From contig CALSCP010002750.1 of the NCBI GenBank assembly GCA_943704425.1, forward strand, positions 1 through 39,806: a stretch of DNA of 39,806 bases, in the 5' to 3' direction. This document shows positions 23,201 through 33,142 of the stretch, one piece after another. The position numbers and the translations under genes were made by a program. Within the stretch, counting starts at the first letter, position 1; each line of letters starts with the position of its first letter. The DNA is from Ministeria vibrans ATCC 50519 (lineage: Eukaryota; Protista; Filasterea). Under the pieces are notes generated by a model, which was not told the origin of the DNA, did no database searches, and saw nothing but the letters and a program-made list of their open reading frames with translations.

Positions 23201-24359
23201 TCAAAATGGTTGCTTCGTCGGCCGTTTCGCAGGCAGATCGGAACACAACGCGACGGTCCGTCTCCAACAGTCGCACCACATCGATGTGCCCCTCCGCATT
23301 CGCCGCGCGAAGCGAAAAGTTGTCGTGAACAGTCGGGTCGACTCGATCGTGACCGAGTAGGAGTTGCACCACACCAAAATGTCCGTTCTCGCTGGCGAAA
23401 CGAATGGCGGCGTTGTCACCGGCGGCAGGGTTCACCCGTTCGTCACCGAGAAGGAGCTGCACAATATCGGAGTGGCCGTTCTCACTGGCCTTCCGAATGG
23501 CGACATTGTCACCGGCGGCTGGGTCGACTTGATTGTGACCGAGGAGCAGTCGCACTACATCAGAATGGCCGTTCTCACTGGCCAGACGGATGGCAAAGTT
23601 AAAGTTGGCAGCTGGATTCACTCGATCGTGGCCAAGAAGAAGTCGCACCACATCAGAGTGGCCGTTCTCACTGGCCAGACGGATGGCGGCGTTGGCACCA
23701 GTGGCAGGATCCACATGGTAGTGACTGAGAAGGAGCTGTACCACATCGGAGTGGCCGTTCTCACTGGCCAGACGAATGGTGGCATTGAAATACGCAGTAG
23801 GGATTGCTTTGCACTTGCCGAGAAGGAGCTTCATCACAGCTGCGTGGTTAGATGTGGTCGTTGGCACAAGCGTCTGCACAGCCATGACGCGACTCGAGCA
23901 GGCAGAGCGAAGTGCGCTGTTCATAACGTCTGCAAAGTAGCGCTCATCCGGGTTTGTGGCAGCGTACGACAGAAGAGCAGCGAGCGCCTGCTCGTGTCCC
24001 GCACGACTGGCACTCGATGCGGCACTTCGCACGTCCAAGGGCCAATGTTCATATTGCACTCGGATGAGCAGTAGAGCCAGAAGACGGAAGTAGGGCCGGC
24101 GTCGATGCGCGCCAACGCCGGTACTCATGTACTCAAGCAAATCGTACACTGTTGCGGGGGCGAGGGGCCAGCGTGTCGTCCACACAGCCGAAGAAGTGCT
24201 TCTGCGCAGAATCAGCTCCAGCGCCCGCATCCACTCAGACCCCAAACGACTCGTGTGCGCGACCGTCTGGTATCCGTGGCTCCGCACAACCTCGTAGAAC
24301 CTTCTGTTGACAGCAGAAAGCGCGAGTGCGCTCTGTGGGTTGCACCAACTGACAATGAT
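23193..24359 (-). CDS. F-box + ankyrin-repeat gene, short copy B (5' end in gap; ends after a 1-bp frameshift)
   Basis: F-box tail IIVSWCNPQSALALSAVNRRFYEVV, a linker nearly identical to 29231-29735, then about six 93-bp/31-aa units (VDPAAGDNAAIRLASENGHSDVVRLLLGHDR). ORF ends ATILRY*. Confidence 0.8.
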   Translation of the reverse strand: MIVSWCNPQSALALSAVNRRFYEVVRSHGYQTVAHTSRLGSEWMRALELILRRSTSSAVWTTRWPLAPATVYDLLEYMSTGVGAHRRRPYFRLLALLLIRVQYEHWPLDVRSAASSASRAGHEQALAALLSYAATNPDERYFADVMNSALRSACSSRVMAVQTLVPTTTSNHAAVMKLLLGKCKAIPTAYFNATIRLASENGHSDVVQLLLSHYHVDPATGANAAIRLASENGHSDVVRLLLGHDRVNPAANFNFAIRLASENGHSDVVRLLLGHNQVDPAAGDNVAIRKASENGHSDIVQLLLGDERVNPAAGDNAAIRFASENGHFGVVQLLLGHDRVDPTVHDNFSLRAANAEGHIDVVRLLETDRRVVFRSACETADEATILRY

Positions 24360-25334
24360 NNNNNNNNNNNNNNNNNNNNNNNNNNNNNNNNNNNNNNNNN
24401 NNNNNNNNNNNNNNNNNNNNNNNNNNNNNNNNNNNNNNNNNNNNNNNNNNNNNNNNNNNNNNNNNNNNNNNNNNNNNNNNNNNNNNNNNNNNNNNNNNNN
24501 NNNNNNNNNNNNNNNNNNNNNNNNNNNNNNNNNNNNNNNNNNNNNNNNNNNNNNNNNNNNNNNNNNNNNNNNNNNNNNNNNNNNNNNNNNNNNNNNNNNN
24601 NNNNNNNNNNNNNNNNNNNNNNNNNNNNNNNNNNNNNNNNNNNNNNNNNNNNNNNNNNNNNNNNNNNNNNNNNNNNNNNNNNNNNNNNNNNNNNNNNNNN
24701 NNNNNNNNNNNNNNNNNNNNNNNNNNNNNNNNNNNNNNNNNNNNNNNNNNNNNNNNNNNNNNNNNNNNNNNNNNNNNNNNNNNNNNNNNNNNNNNNNNNN
24801 NNNNNNNNNNNNNNNNNNNNNNNNNNNNNNNNNNNNNNNNNNNNNNNNNNNNNNNNNNNNNNNNNNNNNNNNNNNNNNNNNNNNNNNNNNNNNNNNNNNN
24901 NNNNNNNNNNNNNNNNNNNNNNNNNNNNNNNNNNNNNNNNNNNNNNNNNNNNNNNNNNNNNNNNNNNNNNNNNNNNNNNNNNNNNNNNNNNNNNNNNNNN
25001 NNNNNNNNNNNNNNNNNNNNNNNNNNNNNNNNNNNNNNNNNNNNNNNNNNNNNNNNNNNNNNNNNNNNNNNNNNNNNNNNNNNNNNNNNNNNNNNNNNNN
25101 NNNNNNNNNNNNNNNNNNNNNNNNNNNNNNNNNNNNNNNNNNNNNNNNNNNNNNNNNNNNNNNNNNNNNNNNNNNNNNNNNNNNNNNNNNNNNNNNNNNN
25201 NNNNNNNNNNNNNNNNNNNNNNNNNNNNNNNNNNNNNNNNNNNNNNNNNNNNNNNNNNNNNNNNNNNNNNNNNNNNNNNNNNNNNNNNNNNNNNNNNNNN
25301 NNNNNNNNNNNNNNNNNNNNNNNNNNNNNNNNNN

Positions 25335-28300
25335 ACCACGCACGCAAAACCACGCTCGCTGGCCTTGCGTAAGGCAAAATTGTTATCTCCCGAAGGATCC
25401 AGCGGCTCCTCTGCCGTCAGTATACTCATAATAGTTGCCTCGTCCTCCTTCTCAAAGGCGGATCGGAACACAACGCGACGATCCGTCTCCAACAGTCGCA
25501 CCACATCAGAGTGGCCCTCCGCATAGGCCGCGCGAAGCGAAAAGTTGTCGTGAACAGTCGGGTCGACTCGATCGTGACCGAGGAGGAGTCGCACCACGTC
25601 AGAATGACCGTTCTCACTGGCAAGGCAGACGGCGGCATTGTCATCAGCACCAGGGTTCACTCGATCGTCACCGAGAAGGTGTCGCACCACACCAGAGTGG
25701 CCATTTTCACTGGCCAGACGAATGGCGGCGTTGCTGCAATCGGCAGGGTCCACTTGGTCGTGACTGAGAAGGAGTCGCACCACATCGGCGTGACCGTTCG
25801 CACTGGCCTTCCGAATGGCGGCATTGTCGTCATCATAAGGGTTCACCCCATCGTGGCGCAGTAGGAGCTGCACCACATCGGCGTGACCGTTCTCACTGGC
25901 CAGACGAATGGCGGCGTTGTCACCGGCGGCTGGGTCGACTTGATTGTGATCGAGGAGCAGTCGCACCACATCAGAATGGCCGTTCTCACTGGCCAGACGA
26001 ATGGAAATATTGGATTTGACCGAGGGATCCACTCGAACGTCGCCGAGAAGAGTTTCTACCACATCGGAGTGGCCGTTCTTACAGGCTTTTTGTATCGCAA
26101 AGTTAAAGTTGGCCGCTGGATCCACCCCATCGTGGCCGAGAAGAAGTCGAACCACAGCGGAGTGGCCGTTCTCACTGGCCAGACGGATAGCGGCGTTGTC
26201 ACGGGCGGCAGGATCCACTCGGCCATCAGCAAGTAGAATTTCAACAACCTCGACGTGGCCCCTCTCGCAAGCCCGACGAATGGCGGCGCTGCGTGAAACA
26301 GTAGGGTCCACTTGGCCGCTTTCTAACAGAAGCTGCACCACGTCCGCATGACCATTCTCACATGAAGAAAGAACTGCAAAGTTGCCTTTCGCAGTCGGAT
26401 CCACTCGATCGTGGCCGAGTAACAGCTGTACCACAGCAAAGTGGCCATTCTCACTGGCCTTTCGAATGGCAATGTTGGAGACGGCAGAAGGATCCACGGT
26501 GGGATGCAACTGGAGCAACTGCGCCACTTCCAAGTGGTCATTATCAATCTCGCTGGCCAAACGGATCGCAAAGTTGGAATCGACCGCGGGATCCACTCGG
26601 TCGCAGTTGAGAAGCAGTTTCACCACCGTCGCAAAACCGTATTCACTCGCCTTCCGAATGGCATAGTTGCCGCGAGCGGCAGGGTCCACTCGGAGATCTC
26701 GAAGCAGAAGCTCGACCACGGACGCAAAACCACGCTCACTTGCTTTGCGCAAGGCAAAGTTGTCATCCCCCGAAGGATCCAGCCGCTCCTCTGCCGTCAG
26801 TATACTCATAATGGTTCCCTCGTCCGCCGCTTCGCAGGCGGATCGGAGCATAACGCGACGGTCCGTCTCCAACAGTTGTACCACATCAACATGCCCCTCC
26901 GCATTGGCCGCACGGAGGGCATGGTTGGCATTGGCAGTAGGGTCCACTCCATCGTGGCCGAGGAGGAGCTGCACCACACCAGAGTGCCCGTTCTTGCTCG
27001 CCATCAAAACATTAAAGTTGGCGTTGGCAGTAGGATCCACTCGCGGATCAGCAAGTAGGTGCTGCGCCATCGCAGTGTAGCCTCGCTCGCTGGCTACGCA
27101 GAGAGCAAAATGATGATCGGCGGTTGGATCTGCGCGACAGTCGGCAAGAAGAAGTTCGATGACGCGCGTGTGCCCATTCTCACTGGCCTTTCGAATGGCA
27201 AAGTTGCACTCGGCCGTAGGATCTGCACGTTCATCAGCAAGAAGACGCTGCACAACTTGAGCATGGCCATTCTCGCTGGCCTTCCGCATCGCAAGACTGA
27301 AATTGGCCGCAGGATTGGCTCGGCCATCAACAAGAAGATGATGTACCACAGAGACGTGTCCATTCTCACTCGCGATACACAGCGCAAAGTTTTGATGGGC
27401 AGTCGGATCCACCTGACCATGAGCAAGAAGCAGTTTCACCACCGACGCAAAACCGTGTTCACTCGCCTTCCGAATGGCATAGTTGCCGCAAGCGGCAGGG
27501 TCCACTCGGAGATCTCGAAGCAGAAGCTCAACCACGGACGCAAAACCACGCTCGCTGGCCTTGCGTACGGCAAAGTTATTGTCTCCCAAAGGATCCAGCC
27601 GCTCCTCTGCCGTCAGTATACTCATAATGGTTGCCTCGTCCGCCGTCTCGCAAGCGGATCGGAACACAACGCGACGGTCCGTCTCCAACAGTCGCACCAC
27701 ATCGACACGCCCCTCCGCATTGGCCGCGCGAAGCGAAAAGTTGTCGTGAACAGTCGGGTCGACTCGATCGTGACCGAGTAAGACCTGCACCACATCAGAG
27801 TGGCCGTTCTTACTAGCAAGGCGGATGGCGGCATTTTCTCCAGCGGCAGGGTCCACTTGGTCGTGACTAAGAAGAAGCTGCACCACATTGACGTGACCAT
27901 TCTCACTGGCCTTCCGGACGGCGGCATTTTCACCAGCGGTAGGATCGACTTGATCGTGACCGAGAAGAAGTCGCACCACAGCGGAGTGGCCATTCTCACT
28001 GGCTTTCCGGATGGCAAAATTGAATAGAGCAGCGGGATCTGCTTGGCCATCATCAAGTAGGAGCCGTACCACATCATCATGTCCATTGGCGCTCGCCATG
28101 CGAATCGAGAAGTTGTGTCTCGCCGCAGGTTCCGGCCGATGACCATCGCAAGTGTTGAGAAGAAGACCAACAACACGAGAGTGGCCATTTTCACACGCTA
28201 AACAAAGCGCTTGGCTTTGCCACGACATGCAGTCTGTTCGTCCGGAACGAAGTAGAAGTTCTACAACAGAGTCATGACCATTCTCACTGGCCTTGCGTAT

Positions 28301-29862
28301 AGCANNNNNNNNNNNNNNNNNNNNNNNNNNNNNNNNNNNNNNNNNNNNNNNNNNNNNNNNNNNNNNNNNNNNNNNNNNNNNNNNNNNNNNNNNNNNNNNN
28401 NNNNNNNNNNNNNNNNNNNNNNNNNNNNNNNNNNNNNNNNNNNNNNNNNNNNNNNNNNNNNNNNNNNNNNNNNNNNNNNNNNNNNNNNNNNNNNNNNNNN
28501 NNNNNNNNNNNNNNNNNNNNNNNNNNNNNNNNNNNNNNNNNNNNNNNNNNNNNNNNNNNNNNNNNNNNNNNNNNNNNNNNNNNNNNNNNNNNNNNNNNNN
28601 NNNNNNNNNNNNNNNNNNNNNNNNNNNNNNNNNNNNNNNNNNNNNNNNNNNNNNNNNNNNNNNNNNNNNNNNNNNNNNNNNNNNNNNNNNNNNNNNNNNN
28701 NNNNNNNNNNNNNNNNNNNNNNNNNNNNNNNNNNNNNNNNNNNNNNNNNNNNNNNNNNNNNNNNNNNNNNNNNNNNNNNNNNNNNNNNNNNNNNNNNNNN
28801 NNNNNNNNNNNNNNNNNNNNNNNNNNNNNNNNNNNNNNNNNNNNNNNNNNNNNNNNNNNNNNNNNNNNNNNNNNNNNNNNNNNNNNNNNNNNNNNNNNNN
28901 NNNNNNNNNNNNNNNNNNNNNNNNNNNNNNNNNNNNNNNNNNNNNNNNNNNNNNNNNNNNNNNNNNNNNNNNNNNNNNNNNNNNNNNNNNNNNNNNNNNN
29001 NNNNNNNNNNNNNNNNNNNNNNNNNNNNNNNNNNNNNNNNNNNNNNNNNNNNNNNNNNNNNNNNNNNNNNNNNNNNNNNNNNNNNNNNNNNNNNNNNNNN
29101 NNNNNNNNNNNNNNNNNNNNNNNNNNNNNNNNNNNNNNNNNNNNNNNNNNNNNNNNNNNNNNNNNNNNNNNNNNNNNNNNNNNNNNNNNNNNNNNNNNNN
29201 NNNNNNNNNNNNNNNNNNNNNNNNNNNNNNATGTGGTCGTTGGCACAAGCGTCTGCACAGCCATGACGCGACTCGAGCAGGCAGAGCGAAGTGCGCTGTT
29301 CACAACGTCTGCAAAGTAGCGCTCATCCGGGTTTGTGGCAGCGTACGACAGAAGAGCAGCGAGCGCCTGCTCGTGTCCCACACGACTGGCACTCGATGCG
29401 GCACTTCGCACGTCCAAGGGCCAATGTTCATATTGCACTCGGATGAGCAGTAGAGCCAGAAGACGGAAGTAGGGCCGACGTCGATGCGCGCCAACGCCGG
29501 TACTCATGTACTCAAGCAACCGGTCCACTGTTGCGGGGGCGAGGGGCCAGCGTGTCGTCCACACAGCCGAAGAAGTGCTTCTGCGCAGAATCAGCTCCAG
29601 CGCCCGCATCCACTCAGACCCCAAACGACTCGTGTGCGCGACCGTCTGGTATCCGTGGCTCCGCACAACCTCGTAGAACCTTCTGTTGACAGCAGAAAGC
29701 GCGAGTGCGCTCTGTGGGTTGCACCAACTGACAATTCTTTCCCTGAAGCTCATATGGGAGCTGCTCGAAACGAGAGAGAATCTGAGGAGCGGCTGACGCT
29801 GCTCCGGGCGGCGGCGGCTGCGGCTGTGCGAGTGGAACGGACTGGTCTACACCCGAGCCCAT
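25335..29862 (-). CDS. F-box + long ankyrin-repeat gene, copy A (about 30 visible 31-aa units; internal and 3' gaps; +1 frameshift in the F-box as assembled)
   Basis: ATG 29862 MGSGVDQ...SRFEQLPYELQ, then after an extra G at 29741-29743 ERIVSWCNPQSALALSAVNRRFYEVV, an F-box consensus. Uninterrupted ORF 25335-28304 made of DPxxxxNxAIRxASENGHxxVVxLLL units. No introns seen in the sequenced parts. Confidence 0.8.
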
Positions 29863-30198
29863 GAAAATTGCGTTTGGACCTACAGTTTGTTCTTTTGGGG
29901 GGTTAAAAGAGGGAGAGAAAAAAATGAGCGAAAATTGAAAATCATCGAGAATCGAATTTCCGAACAGTGAATGACAAAACACTGACAAAACGTGGGAAAG
30001 TCGATAATAAGGGTGGTCAGTGATCACATGGTAAACGATCCGGCACTATTCACTGAACATGGCTCTCATGTGGGGCGGTGGCCGGCGAGGGTGCAACACT
30101 GCAAGATCAGTGTGAGATCAACGTGAAATGTTTGTTCTTGTAAGCGCTGTCCACGACGAGCGCGCATGAACACAGTCCTGCGTACTGACGCTATATAC

Positions 30199-30250
30199 AT
30201 GCTACCGACTCGTGACTACGTGCAGTCGCGGATGCCCGTGTCGGTAGCAT
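30199..30250. other. Stem-loop / inverted repeat in a divergent intergenic region
   Basis: atgctaccgac (30199-30209) pairs perfectly with gtcggtagcat (30240-30250); inner cgtgact/agtcgcg stem around a 6-nt loop. Confidence 0.6.
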
Positions 30251-30392
30251 AATCACTCGAACTGACTTCAAGATCAAAATAGTTACTACTCCTTTTCTGT
30301 TACCCACTCATCGCAGTGTATTGACTTCCCTCTCTCCCCCGTTGCCCTTGCCCTCTCTCCCACCCCTCCAGTCGACCCTCAACGACCGCAAA

Positions 30393-30716
30393 ATGGGACT
30401 TAAAAGCATTTTGCGTTTTTTCAAAAGTATCATTTTCTTCGTGGGCTACATGCTTGCTCTGGTTCCCATGTGGCTCTTATTATCAGTGACATGGGGTGCG
30501 CGCCAAGCGCAGGTGAGTTGAAGGCCATTTCGTGTTTCTCATCCCAATACTTTTTTTTTTTTGGCCTTTGCACTAAAATGCTCACAATTGGTCTCTTACG
30601 GTCCTTCCCACTCGCAGATTGTCCTTGAGAGAGTAAAAGGAACACGTCAAGCGCGAGGATTTGACGAATGCATGGCGCTTGGTGGCGAAGAGATCAAGTT
30701 TGAGCGGCAGAGATGA
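30393..30716 (+). CDS. 72-aa single-pass membrane microprotein, 2 exons
   Basis: Exon 1 30393-30512 MGLKSILRFFKSIIFFVGYMLALVPMWLLLSVTWGARQAQ; canonical intron gtgagt...ctcgcag 30513-30617; exon 2 IVLERVKGTRQARGFDECMALGGEEIKFERQR*. Start context aaaATGG. Confidence 0.6.
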
Positions 30717-30984
30717 TTTGACTTCGAATCTGTGATGTAAAACTATCGAGAGAGAGAGAGAGAGAGAGAGAAGTAAAGCAAGCAGTACGTGTATTACGCA
30801 TCAGGGCACGTGCAGTGGAGCAGTAGTGTATTGCATGGCGGCGTGTGCTGCCAGTGTGCTATTCAGCGCCTGAACTTGATTCAATAGAAGAGCGATCGCT
30901 ACTCAAATACGATCCTGTTGATTATAATACTGAATTACTTACTGATCACTCATTTGTAAACAAAATATTAATACGTTGCTTTAC

Positions 30985-32780
30985 ATGGAGCGAGTGACTA
31001 TTAAGGAAGTGCGCGCTTACGTCCAGTCGGGAAGGTGAGCGCGAAAGCTCACTTGGAGGAGTCAATAAATAACAAAAACAAAAAACAAAAACAAATACCC
31101 AATCTCATCTTAGCGACGGCGCTGCGGACTACCACGACCAGGAGCGGGGTCACTGGATCATTGACACGCCCATTGCCAACCCATGCAGCGTGTGGGACAA
31201 GTACAAGCACAGGTAAAGCAAAAAAAACAAACAATGCGAGACATCACATTACGTCTTGTCGTCCTCTCCTCTTGCTTGTAGCCGGCTTTCCTGGGGCATC
31301 AATGCCCTTGGCTCGTTTGTCGTTGAGGTACCCGTCGCATGCAGTTGCGTCGTCTGACCGTCTTTTCCGATTTTGCTCAGGTTGAACTTTCGAATGGCAT
31401 CACTGGGTTTGGGACGAGCATTGGTGGGCCGCCAGCATGCTTCCTGGTCGAGAAGCACCTGAACCGCTTCGTCGAGGGTGCCGACGTGCGCGATATCGAG
31501 CTGATGTGGGAGCAAATGTGGCGTGCGTCGATGCCGTACGGCCGTAAGGGGGTCACCATTCAGGCGATCAGCGCGATTGATCTTGCACTCTGGGACTGTC
31601 TGGGCAAGCTGCGCAACGAGCCAGTGTACGCTCTGCTGGGCGGCAAAACCAAGAAGCGCTTGCCCGTGTACGCAACGACGGCACGCCCCGATCTGGCCAA
31701 GGAGATGGGGTTTGTCGGTGCCAAGTTTCCGCTTAAGTACGGTCCGAGCGATGGCGACGAAGGATTCCGCAAAAACCTCGAACACATTGCCGAGATGGTA
31801 CGTCTTATAAGACCGATGTGAGATATTAATGCCTCTCTTCTTCCTGTGTACTCAGCGTGCGTCGGTGGGACCCGACTTTCCGCTCATGATTGACTGTTAC
31901 ATGTCTCTGACTGTGCACTATGCCATCAAACTTGGCAATGCCGTTAGCCAGGCGCCGTACAACATCAAGTGGATTGAGGAGGTGCTCCCGCCCGACGATC
32001 ACGATGGCTATGCCGAGGTCAAACGCGTTCTTGCGCCTACTGGAATTATGATCACAACAGGTCCAACTTTGTGTGTCTGAATGTCTTTGTGGTGTGCATG
32101 TGCGTCTGTGTGGGGTCTTTGTGGTGTCTCTTTGTGGTGCCTCTTTGTGGTGTATGTGTGAGTTGACACTGATTAAATGACTAGGTGAACATGAGTATAC
32201 TCGGTACGGGTTCCGTGAGCTGATCAGTCGCAAATGCTGCGATGTGCTTCAGCCGGACATCAATTGGGTGGGAGGGCTTACAGAGGCGCGTCGCATTGTT
32301 GCCATGGCAGCCGCATATGATCTCAGAGTGATCCCGCACGGCTCATCCGTGGTACGTCTCTGTCGTATGATGTGATGTGATGTGTGTGAGTCTGTCACAC
32401 GCACACATTGAGTTTGTTGCTCTTATACTTCTCTTCGGCCTTGCAGTTCAGTTACCATATGCAATATGCATTCAATCAGTGTCCCATTGCTGAGTATCTG
32501 GTCATGAGCCCAAACGCAGACACAATTGTGCCACTCTTTGGTGATCTCATGGTAAACAACGCAGTACCACACCACACGTACATACGATAACCTCCGTTAT
32601 ATTATAATATAATAGATTGGTGAGCCACTGCCTAAAGATGGATGGATTGAGCTGACCGACAAACCAGGCTGGGGCGTCGAGCTCAACAAGACCAATCTGG
32701 TGCGCCCGTACGACCATGTGCCCTTTGAAGGTTTTGTTGCTCCCTCCGACAAGGAAGATCCCCTTCACATTCCCTTTTAA
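30985..32780 (+). CDS. L-rhamnonate/L-galactonate dehydratase family (enolase superfamily, mandelate racemase subgroup), multi-exon
   Basis: Spliced GAADYHDQERGHWIIDTPIANP...SRLSWGINALGSFVVEVE...ACFLVEKHLNRFVEG, YGRKGVTIQAISAIDLALWD, LMIDCYMSL, IKWIEEVLPPDD, TGEHEYTRYGF, VLQPDINWVGGLTE, VIPHGSS, DKPGWGVELN. These match RhmD/LRA3/LGD1-type motifs. Confidence 0.9.
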
Positions 32781-33142
32781 TTTTGATCAATGCAACTCTT
32801 CTGTTTGAACCCTTTTCAATTTTTTCCCGTTATCGGGTGTCATGGGCAAAGGCGTTGCTGAAGCGCACGAGGCACTGGGGCCAGTTGCGAGCCACATGTC
32901 ACGTTGTTGATGCCAGAGCCCCTGACAATGTCTGTCTGCAACAGCATGATTTGTTCTTTGTTGGAGCGAGAAGACGCACAAAATGACGCGTTTCCTCGCA
33001 GAGTGTCCTGCTCTCGCAATGCGACGCGTTTGCATATGCAGNNNNNNNNNNTAATTCTATATTTTTATTAATGAAGGTATTTAAGTTTTAATTCAGATAA
33101 AAGAGTTGCACAGCTGGAACTCTCTTGGAATATGATGCGTGC

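Noticed and set aside
24212-29248. 1678-aa ORF and other ORFs spanning N-runs
   Set aside because: Lengths and starts are artefacts of translating gaps; only 25335-28304 is informative.
22916-29862. Intact endogenous giant virus or transposon
   Set aside because: No viral hallmark genes, transposase, terminal repeats or TSD visible; only the repeat type is suggestive.
113-32780. Sulfatase plus rhamnonate dehydratase as a sulfated-polysaccharide utilisation cluster
   Set aside because: They are about 28 kb apart with unrelated genes between; no evidence of linkage.
32783-33041. Short ORFs between the dehydratase and TOP3B
   Set aside because: No recognisable motifs or splice structure; adjacent to a gap.
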